DNA from: Thermomicrobiales bacterium
GTDB lineage: Bacteria > Chloroflexota > Chloroflexia > Thermomicrobiales > JALYUS01
Direction: 5' to 3'
DNA length: 40,098 bases
Assembly: GCA_051002645.1 (NCBI GenBank)
Contig: JBPCMC010000237.1
Span: 1-40,098 of the forward strand
Position 1 is the stretch's first letter. Each line of letters opens with the position of its first letter. The position numbers and the translations under genes are program-made. Below, piece after piece: positions 1 to 7,610 of this stretch. The notes below the pieces were generated by a model. The model saw only the letters and a list, made by a program, of their open reading frames with translations. It made no database searches and had not been told where the DNA came from.

Positions 1-85
1 GTGCTCGAACCGCCCTCCGCTGCGATACTGCTGCCGCGATGGGTGGCGACGGACGCCGACAGGCCGGGGAGGGCGGTTCGAGCAC
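1..85. repeat. Inverted-repeat hairpin element, possibly truncated by the left window edge
   Basis: 1-18 GTGCTCGAACCGCCCTCC is the exact reverse complement of 68-85 GGAGGGCGGTTCGAGCAC. The spacer is 49 nt. It lies upstream of the GNAT start and contains the GTTCGAG heptamer also used in the 9762-9821 hairpin. Confidence 0.6.
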
Positions 86-171
86 CGCCCCTACGGATGG
101 ATGGGAAGGTGCCATCTTCGCGCTACACTGAACCGCAGGCAGAAGCCTATGCCACCGGGGAAGGGCCACCA

Positions 172-786
172 ATGGAGCAGCCAATCGTCAACATTGTCGG
201 GGAGAAGGTCGCCCTCGGCCCGATGCATCGTGATCTCCTGCCGCTCGTCATGCGCTGGAGCAACGACTTCGCGGCGCAGCGCAATATCGGCGCGCCGCGC
301 CCGCGGACGCTCGACCAGCGGATCGCGCAGTACGAGCGCGATACAGTAGACGAGCAGAGCGTCGACTTCGCCGTCTATGAGCGGGCGATCCTGCCCGGAG
401 GGCACCCGCGACCCATCGGCACCGTCGGCCTCTTTGACATTAATTACCGCAACGGGCGGGCGGAGTTCGGCATCTTCATCGGCGAGGCGGACGCGCGCGG
501 CAAAGGATACGGCACCGAGACGACCCTCCTGATGCTCGACTACGCTTTCACCGCGCTCGGGTTGCGCAATGTCGCGCTGACGGTTGCGGAGTGGAATGTT
601 GCTGGGCAGCGGGCGTACACGAAGGCGGGCTTCCGGGAGTTCGGGCGGCGGCGCGCGTGCTGGCCGATGGCCGGGCGGTGGTGGGACGAGGTCCACATGG
701 ACGCGCTCGCCAGTGAGTTCGTCAGCCCGGTGCTCGCGCACATCTTCACGCCGGATGTGCCACGGCGCGAAGGGGACGCATCGTGA
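172..786 (+). CDS. GNAT family N-acetyltransferase (RimJ/RimL-like)
   Basis: ATG at 172 inside the 1..786 ORF. GNAT-like core VGLFDI..AEFGIFIGE..RGKGYGTE..AYTKAGFRE. Stop TGA 784-786 overlaps the next gene's GTG (GTGA). Confidence 0.8.
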   Translation: MEQPIVNIVGEKVALGPMHRDLLPLVMRWSNDFAAQRNIGAPRPRTLDQRIAQYERDTVDEQSVDFAVYERAILPGGHPRPIGTVGLFDINYRNGRAEFGIFIGEADARGKGYGTETTLLMLDYAFTALGLRNVALTVAEWNVAGQRAYTKAGFREFGRRRACWPMAGRWWDEVHMDALASEFVSPVLAHIFTPDVPRREGDAS

Positions 787-1463
787 CCATCCGCGCGATC
801 CTCGTCGACATCGGCGGCGTCCTGCTCCTGCGGGACGAGACGCCCGCCCACAGCGCGTGGGAAGACCGGCTCGGCATCGACCGGGGCGGCTTTGCGCGGG
901 GGCTATTCCGGCCCGATCTCTCTGCGCAGGCGACCGTGGGCGCTGTCTCGGCTGCGCAGGTATGGGAGGAGATGGCGGCACGGTTGTCGCTCAGCGAGGC
1001 CGACGTGCAGGCGCTCCGGCGCGATTTCTTCGCGGGGGAGCGGATGAATGACCCGTTCATCGCGTTCCTCCATGGGCTCCGCCCCACCTATCGAATGGCG
1101 GCGTTGAGCAACGCATGGTCCGGCACGCGGGAAGCGATGCGCGTCCATTACGGCCTGGATCGCCTCGTTGACCTGATGATCTTCTCCGACGAGGAGGGGA
1201 TGGCGAAGCCGGACGCGCGCATCTATCATCTCGCCGCCGAACGTCTCAGTGTGCGGCCGGACGAAGCACTCTTCGTCGATGACGTCCTGCGGAATGTTGA
1301 GGCGGCACGGGCGGTTGGAATGCGTGCAGTACATTTCCGCGACACCCCGCAGGCGGTGGCGGAGATCGAGCAGCATCTCCATAGTGGAGGAAGACAAACC
1401 GGGGAGAACCACAGAGACACAGAGAACACAGAGATCGCAGAGAGGGGAGAGAAAAGAACATGA
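783..1463 (+). CDS. HAD-superfamily hydrolase (subfamily IA-like)
   Basis: Motif I ILVDIGGVLL, motif II AALSNA, motif III Lys in GMAKPD, motif IV LFVDD. The last ~25 codons (..GGRQTGENHRDTENTEIAERGEKRT) are read from the palindromic element 1396-1536, so the native C-terminus is probably shorter. Confidence 0.8.
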   Translation: MTIRAILVDIGGVLLLRDETPAHSAWEDRLGIDRGGFARGLFRPDLSAQATVGAVSAAQVWEEMAARLSLSEADVQALRRDFFAGERMNDPFIAFLHGLRPTYRMAALSNAWSGTREAMRVHYGLDRLVDLMIFSDEEGMAKPDARIYHLAAERLSVRPDEALFVDDVLRNVEAARAVGMRAVHFRDTPQAVAEIEQHLHSGGRQTGENHRDTENTEIAERGEKRT

Positions 1464-1536
1464 ATGCATCCCAATCTTATTTTGTATTTCTCGGCGTCCT
1501 CTGCGCTCTCTGCGTCTCTGCGGTTCTCCCCGGTTT
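1396..1536. repeat. Long imperfect hairpin element with tandem 8-9-nt units in the stems (CAGAGA / TCTGCG type)
   Basis: Arm 1396-1433 (AAACCGGGGAGAACCACAGAGACACAGAGAACACAGAG) pairs with arm 1499-1536 at 34 of 38 positions. All 4 mismatches are A versus G. It shares the 19-mer CTCTGCGTCTCTGCGGTTC (1508-1526) with 28097-28115. Confidence 0.85.
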
Positions 1537-1578
1537 CGATTTGCCGTTGCGTGAGCATTGCGAGTGGAAGGGGTGACG

Positions 1579-2262
1579 ATGCCGACCGATGACCCGGTGA
1601 TTTGTTCGATTCAGGTAGGTATGCCGACGCCGTACGGGACGGAGGGCGCGGCGGACGAGATGGACCGCGCGTGGGTGACGAGCTTCGCTAAGCAGCCCGT
1701 CGATGGGCGCGTCTGGTTCGGTCGGGAAAACCTCGCGGGTAACCAGCAGGCGGACACGAAAAACCACGGCGGCCCGGACAAGGCCGCCCTCTGCTACGCT
1801 GCGAGCCATTATCCCGACTGGCGCGCCGAACTGGAGCGCCCAGACTTCCCGCATGGCGGCTTCGGGGAGAACTTCACCATTGCCGGACTCGCGGAGGAGA
1901 CCGTCTGCATCGGGGACACCTATCAGATCGGCGAGGTGCGCGCGCAGGTCTCGCAGCCGCGCGGGCCGTGCTGGAAGATCGCCCGCCGCTGGCGGATTGA
2001 GGACCTGACCGCGCGGGTACTGGCGAGCGGGCGCACCGGCTGGTACCTGCGCGTCCTCAGCGAAGGGTATGTCGAGGCGAGGCAGCCGGTCGTCCTGCTG
2101 GATCGTCCCTATCCGATGTGGACGATCTCCCGCGTCAACGCGATGATCCATGACCGGGCCGACCCGGAGGTCGCCGCGCTCGCCGCCTGCCCGCTCCTCG
2201 CGGCGGGCCTGCGCAAAAGTCTCGCCAGGCGTGCCGCCGCGCGCGAAGGAGGGAACACATGA
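1579..2262 (+). CDS. MOSC domain-containing protein (YiiM-like)
   Basis: ATG at 1579 preceded by GGAAGGGG. MOSC signature GENFTIAGL..IGD.YQIGEV.AQVSQPRGPCWKI..GWYLRVLSEG with the conserved Cys. Confidence 0.8.
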   Translation: MPTDDPVICSIQVGMPTPYGTEGAADEMDRAWVTSFAKQPVDGRVWFGRENLAGNQQADTKNHGGPDKAALCYAASHYPDWRAELERPDFPHGGFGENFTIAGLAEETVCIGDTYQIGEVRAQVSQPRGPCWKIARRWRIEDLTARVLASGRTGWYLRVLSEGYVEARQPVVLLDRPYPMWTISRVNAMIHDRADPEVAALAACPLLAAGLRKSLARRAAAREGGNT

Positions 2263-2858
2263 TAGAAAGCGACGCGATGGATCTCCCGCCGCTGCCCGAG
2301 ACGGCGGCGCTGATCGTCGTCGATGTGCAGCAGGGCTTGGACGACCCCGTGTGGGGGCGCCGCAACAACCCGGACGCGGAAGCGAATATCGGGCGCCTCC
2401 TCGCCGCCTGGCGCCGCACCCACCGGCCGATCTTCCACATCCAGCATCGCTCCCGGCTCGCGACCTCGCCGCTCTGCCCCGGCCAGCGGGGGTTCGACCT
2501 GAAGGAGATCGTCCGGCCGCTGCCGGGCGAGCCTCTGCTCACGAAGGAGGTGAATAGCGCCTTCATCGGCACCGATCTGGAGGAGCGCCTCCGTCGGCTC
2601 GGATGCACCACGGTCGTTGTCACCGGCCTGACCACCAATCACTGCGTCGAAACGACGACGCGCATGGCGGGCAACCTCGACTTCACCACCTTCATCGTCT
2701 CGGACGCGACGGCGACGTTTGACCGGATCGGCCCGGACGGCGCACACTATACCGCCGAGTTGATTCATGCCGTCTCCCTCGCCAGCCTCCATGGCGAGTT
2801 CGCCACCGTGGTAACGACCGAAACGCTCCTCGCGTCGCTCGCTCAGCACACGCGCTGA
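2259..2858 (+). CDS. Isochorismatase-family cysteine hydrolase
   Basis: ALIVVDVQ (Asp), TKEVNSAF (Lys) and VVVTGLTTNHCVETT (Cys) form the catalytic triad pattern. ATGA start-stop overlap with the MOSC gene. An alternative start is the ATG at 2277. Confidence 0.85.
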   Translation: MIESDAMDLPPLPETAALIVVDVQQGLDDPVWGRRNNPDAEANIGRLLAAWRRTHRPIFHIQHRSRLATSPLCPGQRGFDLKEIVRPLPGEPLLTKEVNSAFIGTDLEERLRRLGCTTVVVTGLTTNHCVETTTRMAGNLDFTTFIVSDATATFDRIGPDGAHYTAELIHAVSLASLHGEFATVVTTETLLASLAQHTR

Positions 2859-2878
2859 CGGGAGTAGGACAGGAAACG

Positions 2879-2902
2879 GGAGCGGCATCAGTGCCGCTCC
2901 CG
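2879..2902 (+). terminator. Stem-loop between convergent genes (10-bp perfect stem, 4-nt loop)
   Basis: GGGAGCGGCA (2879-2888), loop TCAG, TGCCGCTCCC (2893-2902), 21 nt after the isochorismatase-family stop. There is no clear T-tract. Confidence 0.5.
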
Positions 2903-3090
2903 AGTGAGGCCGTCCATCGGTCGCGTGCGCCACGGAGGAGACGGCGCGGCAACCGGACGGATAATGGAGAGAAAAAAACAGTTCAACCATTGCACTCATC
3001 ATCCGCCGGATCGCTGAGACTCATCTGAGCGCGGCCTGAAATCGCGCTGAGAGGGTTTTCTCTCCAAGTGGTTTCATGTGGAACGCGTAC

Positions 3091-4134
3091 TCAGGGTTTC
3101 GCAGCAGGAGTTGGCGTAGCAGGTAGGGTGTAGATGAGGTCGGGCCAGCGTTCCTGCATATCGCGCGCGTTATCGCGGGTAATGAGGCGACCGGGCACGG
3201 CGGTGACGGAGATATCGATCCCGTTGATCCGCACGATGAGGTCGGACGACGGCTGCTTCTTGCGGACCAGTGCGGCGATATCGCCGACTGCCGCGACGCC
3301 GAGGTCCTGCGGGCGGCGGTCCACATCACCGGTCAGGGTGCCGTCCAGTACCGCGCGGATGGCGTCCCGCGTGCCGCCGTGGCCGATGACCTCCACGCCG
3401 TCGAGCAAGCCCGCGCCCTTGAGGGTGGCAACGGCGGCGAGCGCGAGCGCGTCATCGCCAGCGATAATCGTCCGTATTTCCTGCTCGCGCACCGCCGCGA
3501 TGACACTGCCCGGTACGTCGCTCGTGCCCGCGATCACGGCGGTCTGGACGGCGGCAGGCAGCTTCGCGAGCCCTTCTTGCACCCCGGCGGCGAAGTCGGC
3601 GCCCAGCGCGTCATTCGGCGCGAGGATCAGCGTCGGGCCTTTGACGGCTGCTTTGTCCGTGACGTACTTCGCCGCTTCCCGGCCGCTCGCCCGCTCATCC
3701 GGGCGGACAAGCGCGTCCACCGCCGTCCCGACCGGCGGGGTGTCGATGGCGACAACGGGGATACCCTTGGCGCGCGCCGCCGCGATCGGCGGCCCGACGA
3801 GCGTGGCGTCCACCGGCATCACGATCAACCCGACGATGTCGAGCCGCACGAGGTCCGCGATATCGGATGTCTGCTTCTCCGCCGTGCCGTCCGCCGAGCG
3901 ATAGATGAGCGAGACATCGTTCTTGCGCTGGTTGTCTGCCAACGCTTTTTGAATCAGCGTCACATCCGTCGAGGCGACATTCGGCAGGCTCACCCCGATC
4001 AGCGGGAGCGTCTTCGGCGCGATGGGCGAGGCGGTCGCCGTCGATGCGGCGGCGCCCCGCGCACACCCGGTCAGGAGGACGCTGAGGAGACAACATATCC
4101 ATACGATGCGGGGTAATGGCGCGACAGGCTTCAT
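3091..4134 (-). CDS. Periplasmic sugar-binding lipoprotein (RbsB/LacI-type Peripla_BP fold), orphan
   Basis: I use the internal ATG at 4134, giving MKPVAPLPRIVWICCLLSVLLTGCARG, a signal peptide with an LTGC lipobox. The body (IGVSLPN..GLIVMPVD..GIPVVAIDT..IIAGDDALALAAV) matches the type I periplasmic binding fold. The 432-aa ORF-track version adds an Arg-rich, non-protein-like leader. Confidence 0.75.
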   Translation of the reverse strand: MKPVAPLPRIVWICCLLSVLLTGCARGAAASTATASPIAPKTLPLIGVSLPNVASTDVTLIQKALADNQRKNDVSLIYRSADGTAEKQTSDIADLVRLDIVGLIVMPVDATLVGPPIAAARAKGIPVVAIDTPPVGTAVDALVRPDERASGREAAKYVTDKAAVKGPTLILAPNDALGADFAAGVQEGLAKLPAAVQTAVIAGTSDVPGSVIAAVREQEIRTIIAGDDALALAAVATLKGAGLLDGVEVIGHGGTRDAIRAVLDGTLTGDVDRRPQDLGVAAVGDIAALVRKKQPSSDLIVRINGIDISVTAVPGRLITRDNARDMQERWPDLIYTLPATPTPAAKP

Positions 4135-4349
4135 CGCCGGAGCGTACAACCACAGTGAGCGTGCGTCTACTACAACGACCGTGCGGGAAGTGGTGCGCTC
4201 CGACCGGAGATGACCCATGCGGCGCTCTGCTCTGTCGCCGGAGCGCGATATACCCGGATTGCACCTGGCCAAGACATACCCGGAGCGGGTTTGCACTTCA
4301 CCTGGCAAATACCTACCGTCCGCGCTCGAGACTCGACATACGGTTGCTC

Positions 4350-4391
4350 CAGTGCCGGATTCGCCGCTCGGTCGTTCGCAGTCCGGCACTG
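4350..4391 (-). terminator. Stem-loop downstream of the alpha/beta hydrolase gene
   Basis: CAGTGCCGGA (4350-4359) is the exact reverse complement of TCCGGCACTG (4382-4391). The loop is 22 nt. On the minus strand it begins 29 nt after the stop at 4420. Confidence 0.45.
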
Positions 4392-4419
4392 TGCGGGATA
4401 GACAACACCGGACGTCGTA

Positions 4420-5223
4420 TCAGGCCCGGAAGAACGCGACCAGCACGGGCGCGAGCACCTCGACATTTACGTTGTGCGCCTGACCTTCCAGGGTACGGAT
4501 CTGCGCCTGCGGCATCGCTTGGCTGAGCGTGCGCGCCGTGTCATGCATAAAGGGATAACTCTCGCCGCCAGTCAGAACAAGTGCGGGCACTCGTACTCCG
4601 GCTGCTCGTTTGGTGGGTACGGAGCCGCCTTCGCCGAGGAGCGCAGTGTGGTCGTACGCGAGCGTCGGTGCGATGGCTTCCAACGCTGGCCAGAATGGTG
4701 CATGGCGCATGGCGGCAATCTCGTCGGTCGGCGTTCCGACATATTGCATAAACAGCGCGACAGCATCGCCTCGACGATCAGCGGCTAACAGCTCTGTGAG
4801 TCGCCGGTTATATTCTCGCCATGCTCGTTGGGCCGTAGGATCATCGTTGTACGGCGCATCGTACATCGCAAGCTTCTTCACTTTATCGCCGAGCGTTATG
4901 GCCGCTTCCAGCGCCAGGGCCGCCCCGGAAGAATGGCCGAAGAGGTACGCCGACCCGCCGGCTTCGTCGATGAGCGCATCAAGATCTTCGATCTCCCGCT
5001 CGACCGCATAGGGCGCAGTATCCCCACTGTCTCCCCGTCCACGGCGGTCATAGTTGTAGACGGTGCAATGGGGCGCGAGGAGTTGGGCGAGCGCCGGTCC
5101 GGCCCAGGATAACCGGGCGCAAAGTGCGCCCGCGATCAGGATAGCAGCGGGGCCTTCGCCCTGCCGGTCATAGGCAATGATTGTGCCGTCTTTGGCCGTG
5201 ACGGTTTCGTGTACAGTATCCAT
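4420..5223 (-). CDS. Alpha/beta hydrolase fold protein
   Basis: ILIAGAL..YDRRGRGDS and the nucleophile elbow LFGHSSGA. Length and layout are typical of the AB hydrolase_1/6 family. RBS GAGGAAAGGA lies upstream. Confidence 0.8.
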   Translation of the reverse strand: MDTVHETVTAKDGTIIAYDRQGEGPAAILIAGALCARLSWAGPALAQLLAPHCTVYNYDRRGRGDSGDTAPYAVEREIEDLDALIDEAGGSAYLFGHSSGAALALEAAITLGDKVKKLAMYDAPYNDDPTAQRAWREYNRRLTELLAADRRGDAVALFMQYVGTPTDEIAAMRHAPFWPALEAIAPTLAYDHTALLGEGGSVPTKRAAGVRVPALVLTGGESYPFMHDTARTLSQAMPQAQIRTLEGQAHNVNVEVLAPVLVAFFRA

Positions 5224-5400
5224 ATCGTTCCTTTCCTCGAGACCAATGGGCGCCGGCCTCTCCGATGTCGTCGAACACCTGCCAGCACAAGATGGTCGTT
5301 CGGTGACCGATCAAATCGACAAAACCCTGACCACCTTTTTGCCACGGCTACTGCACATGGGCGCTGGGCGTGTCCCTGGCTTCGTTTGCCCGGATATCGC

Positions 5401-6444
5401 TCATCGAACCGCATCGCGGAATGCCGCTGCGTGGCGGGCGAGCCAGCGCGCCCGTCTCTGCACCTCGACAATCCGCTCCACGCTCCCGCGCGTGTCGCCC
5501 GCCGCGAGGTCCCTCCCCAACCACCAGATCGCCCCGACGACATCGCGCAGGAGCATGAGTTCCGGCAATGCGGCAATCTCCGCCGTCGTCAATTTGCTCC
5601 GGCGTGCGTACCCATCACGGAACCGGCGGGCCATCAGGAGCGCGGTCGGCGCGTCGCGTTCCCAGATGCGCATCGTGAAGACCAGTCCGCTCGCTACGTC
5701 GATCGCCCGCACGTCCGATGTGGCGAACTCAAAGTCGAACAGCGCCGTGATCTCTCCACCGTCTGCGAATGCATTACCCGGCGTGACATCGCCGTGGATC
5801 ACCTGCCGGGGTAGGGTGCGGTATGGGCCGTCGATGAATACGCGCAAGGTATTGAGCGTCTCGCGCCACCACGCCAGCAGGGCGGTATTCGCGTCCGTCG
5901 GCGGGGCGCCCAGGTGCGCGGGCGTTAAAGCGAATGAATCGGGTATGTTCGGATGAAGATGATTGAGCGCGGCGTAATCGTCGAAACCGGGGCGACGCTC
6001 CGATGGGTAGCGCGCCAATGCACCGTGCAGTTCACCAAGTGCGGCCCCGAACGCCTTGATGAGCGCCGGATCGTCGCGGTCGAGATGCGCGCCGGGAAGC
6101 CAGGCAAAGAGCGCCTGCCATCTCGTGCCATCTGGCGTCGGCGAGAGCGTGTCGCCCGACCGCGTCGGCACGGGCAACGGGGTCGCGAACGGGAGCGACT
6201 GCCCGGCCAGCCACGCGAGAAGACGATGCTCATAGCGGATCGTCGCCGGATCGCGATGGCTGAGATAGGTCTTCCAGGCAAAATCTCCCGCGCCGGTGCG
6301 CACGCCCCGGACGTGGTTGTTGATGCCGACCGCGCCCGACAAGGCGAATATCTCGACCGGTTGTGTCAGGTCGTAGGAGGCGAGACCATCTGCCGCATCA
6401 CCGCTCATCATCGGAGCGTATACTGGCGAGGCTGATCCGTCCAC
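5401..6444 (-). CDS. Phosphotransferase (APH / homoserine-kinase-type-II-like kinase fold)
   Basis: Catalytic-loop pattern VIHGDVTPGNAF followed by LFDFEFA (Brenner/DFE motif), which is typical of the PF01636-type family. An alternative start is the MMSGD ATG 33 nt downstream. Confidence 0.75.
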   Translation of the reverse strand: MDGSASPVYAPMMSGDAADGLASYDLTQPVEIFALSGAVGINNHVRGVRTGAGDFAWKTYLSHRDPATIRYEHRLLAWLAGQSLPFATPLPVPTRSGDTLSPTPDGTRWQALFAWLPGAHLDRDDPALIKAFGAALGELHGALARYPSERRPGFDDYAALNHLHPNIPDSFALTPAHLGAPPTDANTALLAWWRETLNTLRVFIDGPYRTLPRQVIHGDVTPGNAFADGGEITALFDFEFATSDVRAIDVASGLVFTMRIWERDAPTALLMARRFRDGYARRSKLTTAEIAALPELMLLRDVVGAIWWLGRDLAAGDTRGSVERIVEVQRRARWLARHAAAFRDAVR

Positions 6445-6494
6445 CGAGAGCCCGATGAGAGAGGTAAACGGTCATTCCCATAGGCAGGAGGTCG

Positions 6495-7592
6495 ATGATG
6501 GCAACATATCGAAGTGACGTGGTGGGGAGCCTGCTGCGCCCGGCGTACCTGAAGGAGGCCCGCGAGCGGCACACGGCGGGAGAGATCGGCGACGCGGCGT
6601 TCAAGCGGATCGAGGATCGCGCCGTGGACGAGGCAATCGCCCTGCAAGTCGAGGCGGGGCTCGATGTGGTCACGGACGGCGAGATGCGGCGCTTCGCCTT
6701 CTACGGGCACTTCATCGACGCCATCGAGGGGTTCGACAAGTCCGGCGGCTGGGCGATCCCCTTCCGGGACGAGCAGGGCAACGAGTTGGTTCTCCAGCGG
6801 CCCGTCGTCGTCTCCCACCTGAAGCGCCGCCGTCACCTCTGCGCGGAGGAGTTCACCTATCTGCGGGCACGCACCGACTGCGCGGCCAAGGTGACACTGA
6901 TCAGCGCGCAGCAGGCGGCGGCCTATTACGACCCGGAGAAATCGAAGGGCGCCTACGCGACGATCGACGCCTATCTCGCCGATGTCGTGGACATCCTGCG
7001 TGCCGAGGTGGACGAACTGATCCGCCTCGGCTGCACCTATATTCAAGTGGACGCGCCGCAATACGCCGCGCTGATCGACCCCGCCATCCGCGAGGGGTAC
7101 CGGCAGCGCGGCAACGACCCGGATCGTCTGCTCGACCGCTGCATCGAACTCGATAATGCCGTGATCGGCGACCACCCCGGCATCGAGTTCGGCATCCATC
7201 TCTGCCGGGGCAACAACCAGAGCAAGTTCTACGCGAGCGGCGGCTACGACCCGATCGCCGCCCAAATCTTCCGGCGCACGCGGTTCCAACGCTTCCTGCT
7301 CGAATACGACGACGCGCGCTCCGGCGGCTTCGCACCCCTGCAACACGTCCCCGACGACCGCACCGTCGTCCTCGGCCTCGTGACGACCAAGAAAGGCACG
7401 CTGGAACGCGAGGACGAATTGAAACGGCGCATCGGCGAGGCGGCGGCGTTCGTGCCGATGGAGCGGCTCGCCTTAAGCCCGCAATGTGGCTTCGCCTCGA
7501 CCGAGGAGGGAAACCATCTCACCGCCGCCGAGCAGGAGGCGAAACTGCGTCTCGTCGCGGAAACCGCGCGAGAGGTATGGGGCACATCGTAA
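6495..7592 (+). CDS. Cobalamin-independent methionine synthase C-terminal-domain-like methyltransferase (MetE-like, single domain)
   Basis: N-terminus SDVVGSLLRP.YLKEARE and GLDVVTDGE.RR, then IQVDAP and LCRGN, and a C-terminal SPQCGF zinc-ligand Cys. These are characteristic of the Meth_synt_2 family. AGGAGG lies 3-6 nt upstream of the ATGATG start. Confidence 0.8.
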   Translation: MMATYRSDVVGSLLRPAYLKEARERHTAGEIGDAAFKRIEDRAVDEAIALQVEAGLDVVTDGEMRRFAFYGHFIDAIEGFDKSGGWAIPFRDEQGNELVLQRPVVVSHLKRRRHLCAEEFTYLRARTDCAAKVTLISAQQAAAYYDPEKSKGAYATIDAYLADVVDILRAEVDELIRLGCTYIQVDAPQYAALIDPAIREGYRQRGNDPDRLLDRCIELDNAVIGDHPGIEFGIHLCRGNNQSKFYASGGYDPIAAQIFRRTRFQRFLLEYDDARSGGFAPLQHVPDDRTVVLGLVTTKKGTLEREDELKRRIGEAAAFVPMERLALSPQCGFASTEEGNHLTAAEQEAKLRLVAETAREVWGTS

Positions 7593-7610
7593 AGGCTGTC
7601 CGACCGTTGC

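Noticed and set aside
1396-1536. Using the direction of stem mismatches to infer which strand's RNA forms the hairpin. All four mismatches here are A opposite C on the plus strand, so they would be G-U wobbles on the minus-strand RNA.
   Set aside because: - The 9762-9814 hairpin behaves the same way and is consistent with its minus-strand mRNA.
- The 31756-31835 hairpin shows the opposite: wobble-compatible on the plus strand although its genes are on the minus strand.
- Here the flanking genes are plus-strand.

The signal is inconsistent and based on too few positions.
3091-4389. The full-length ORF-track versions of several genes: 3091-4389, 38647-39876, 34848-37157, 9790-11022, 15894-17024, 37606-38580 and 30848-31816.
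   Set aside because: - Internal ATGs with good Shine-Dalgarno sequences give N-termini that match family expectations (signal peptide, Rossmann fold or HTH at the start).
- The extra upstream residues are Arg/Gly-rich or repeat-derived.
6445-6494. A cobalamin or SAM riboswitch upstream of the MetE-like gene.
   Set aside because: Only 50 nt separate the divergent start codons. This is too short for either aptamer, and no conserved riboswitch core sequence is visible.
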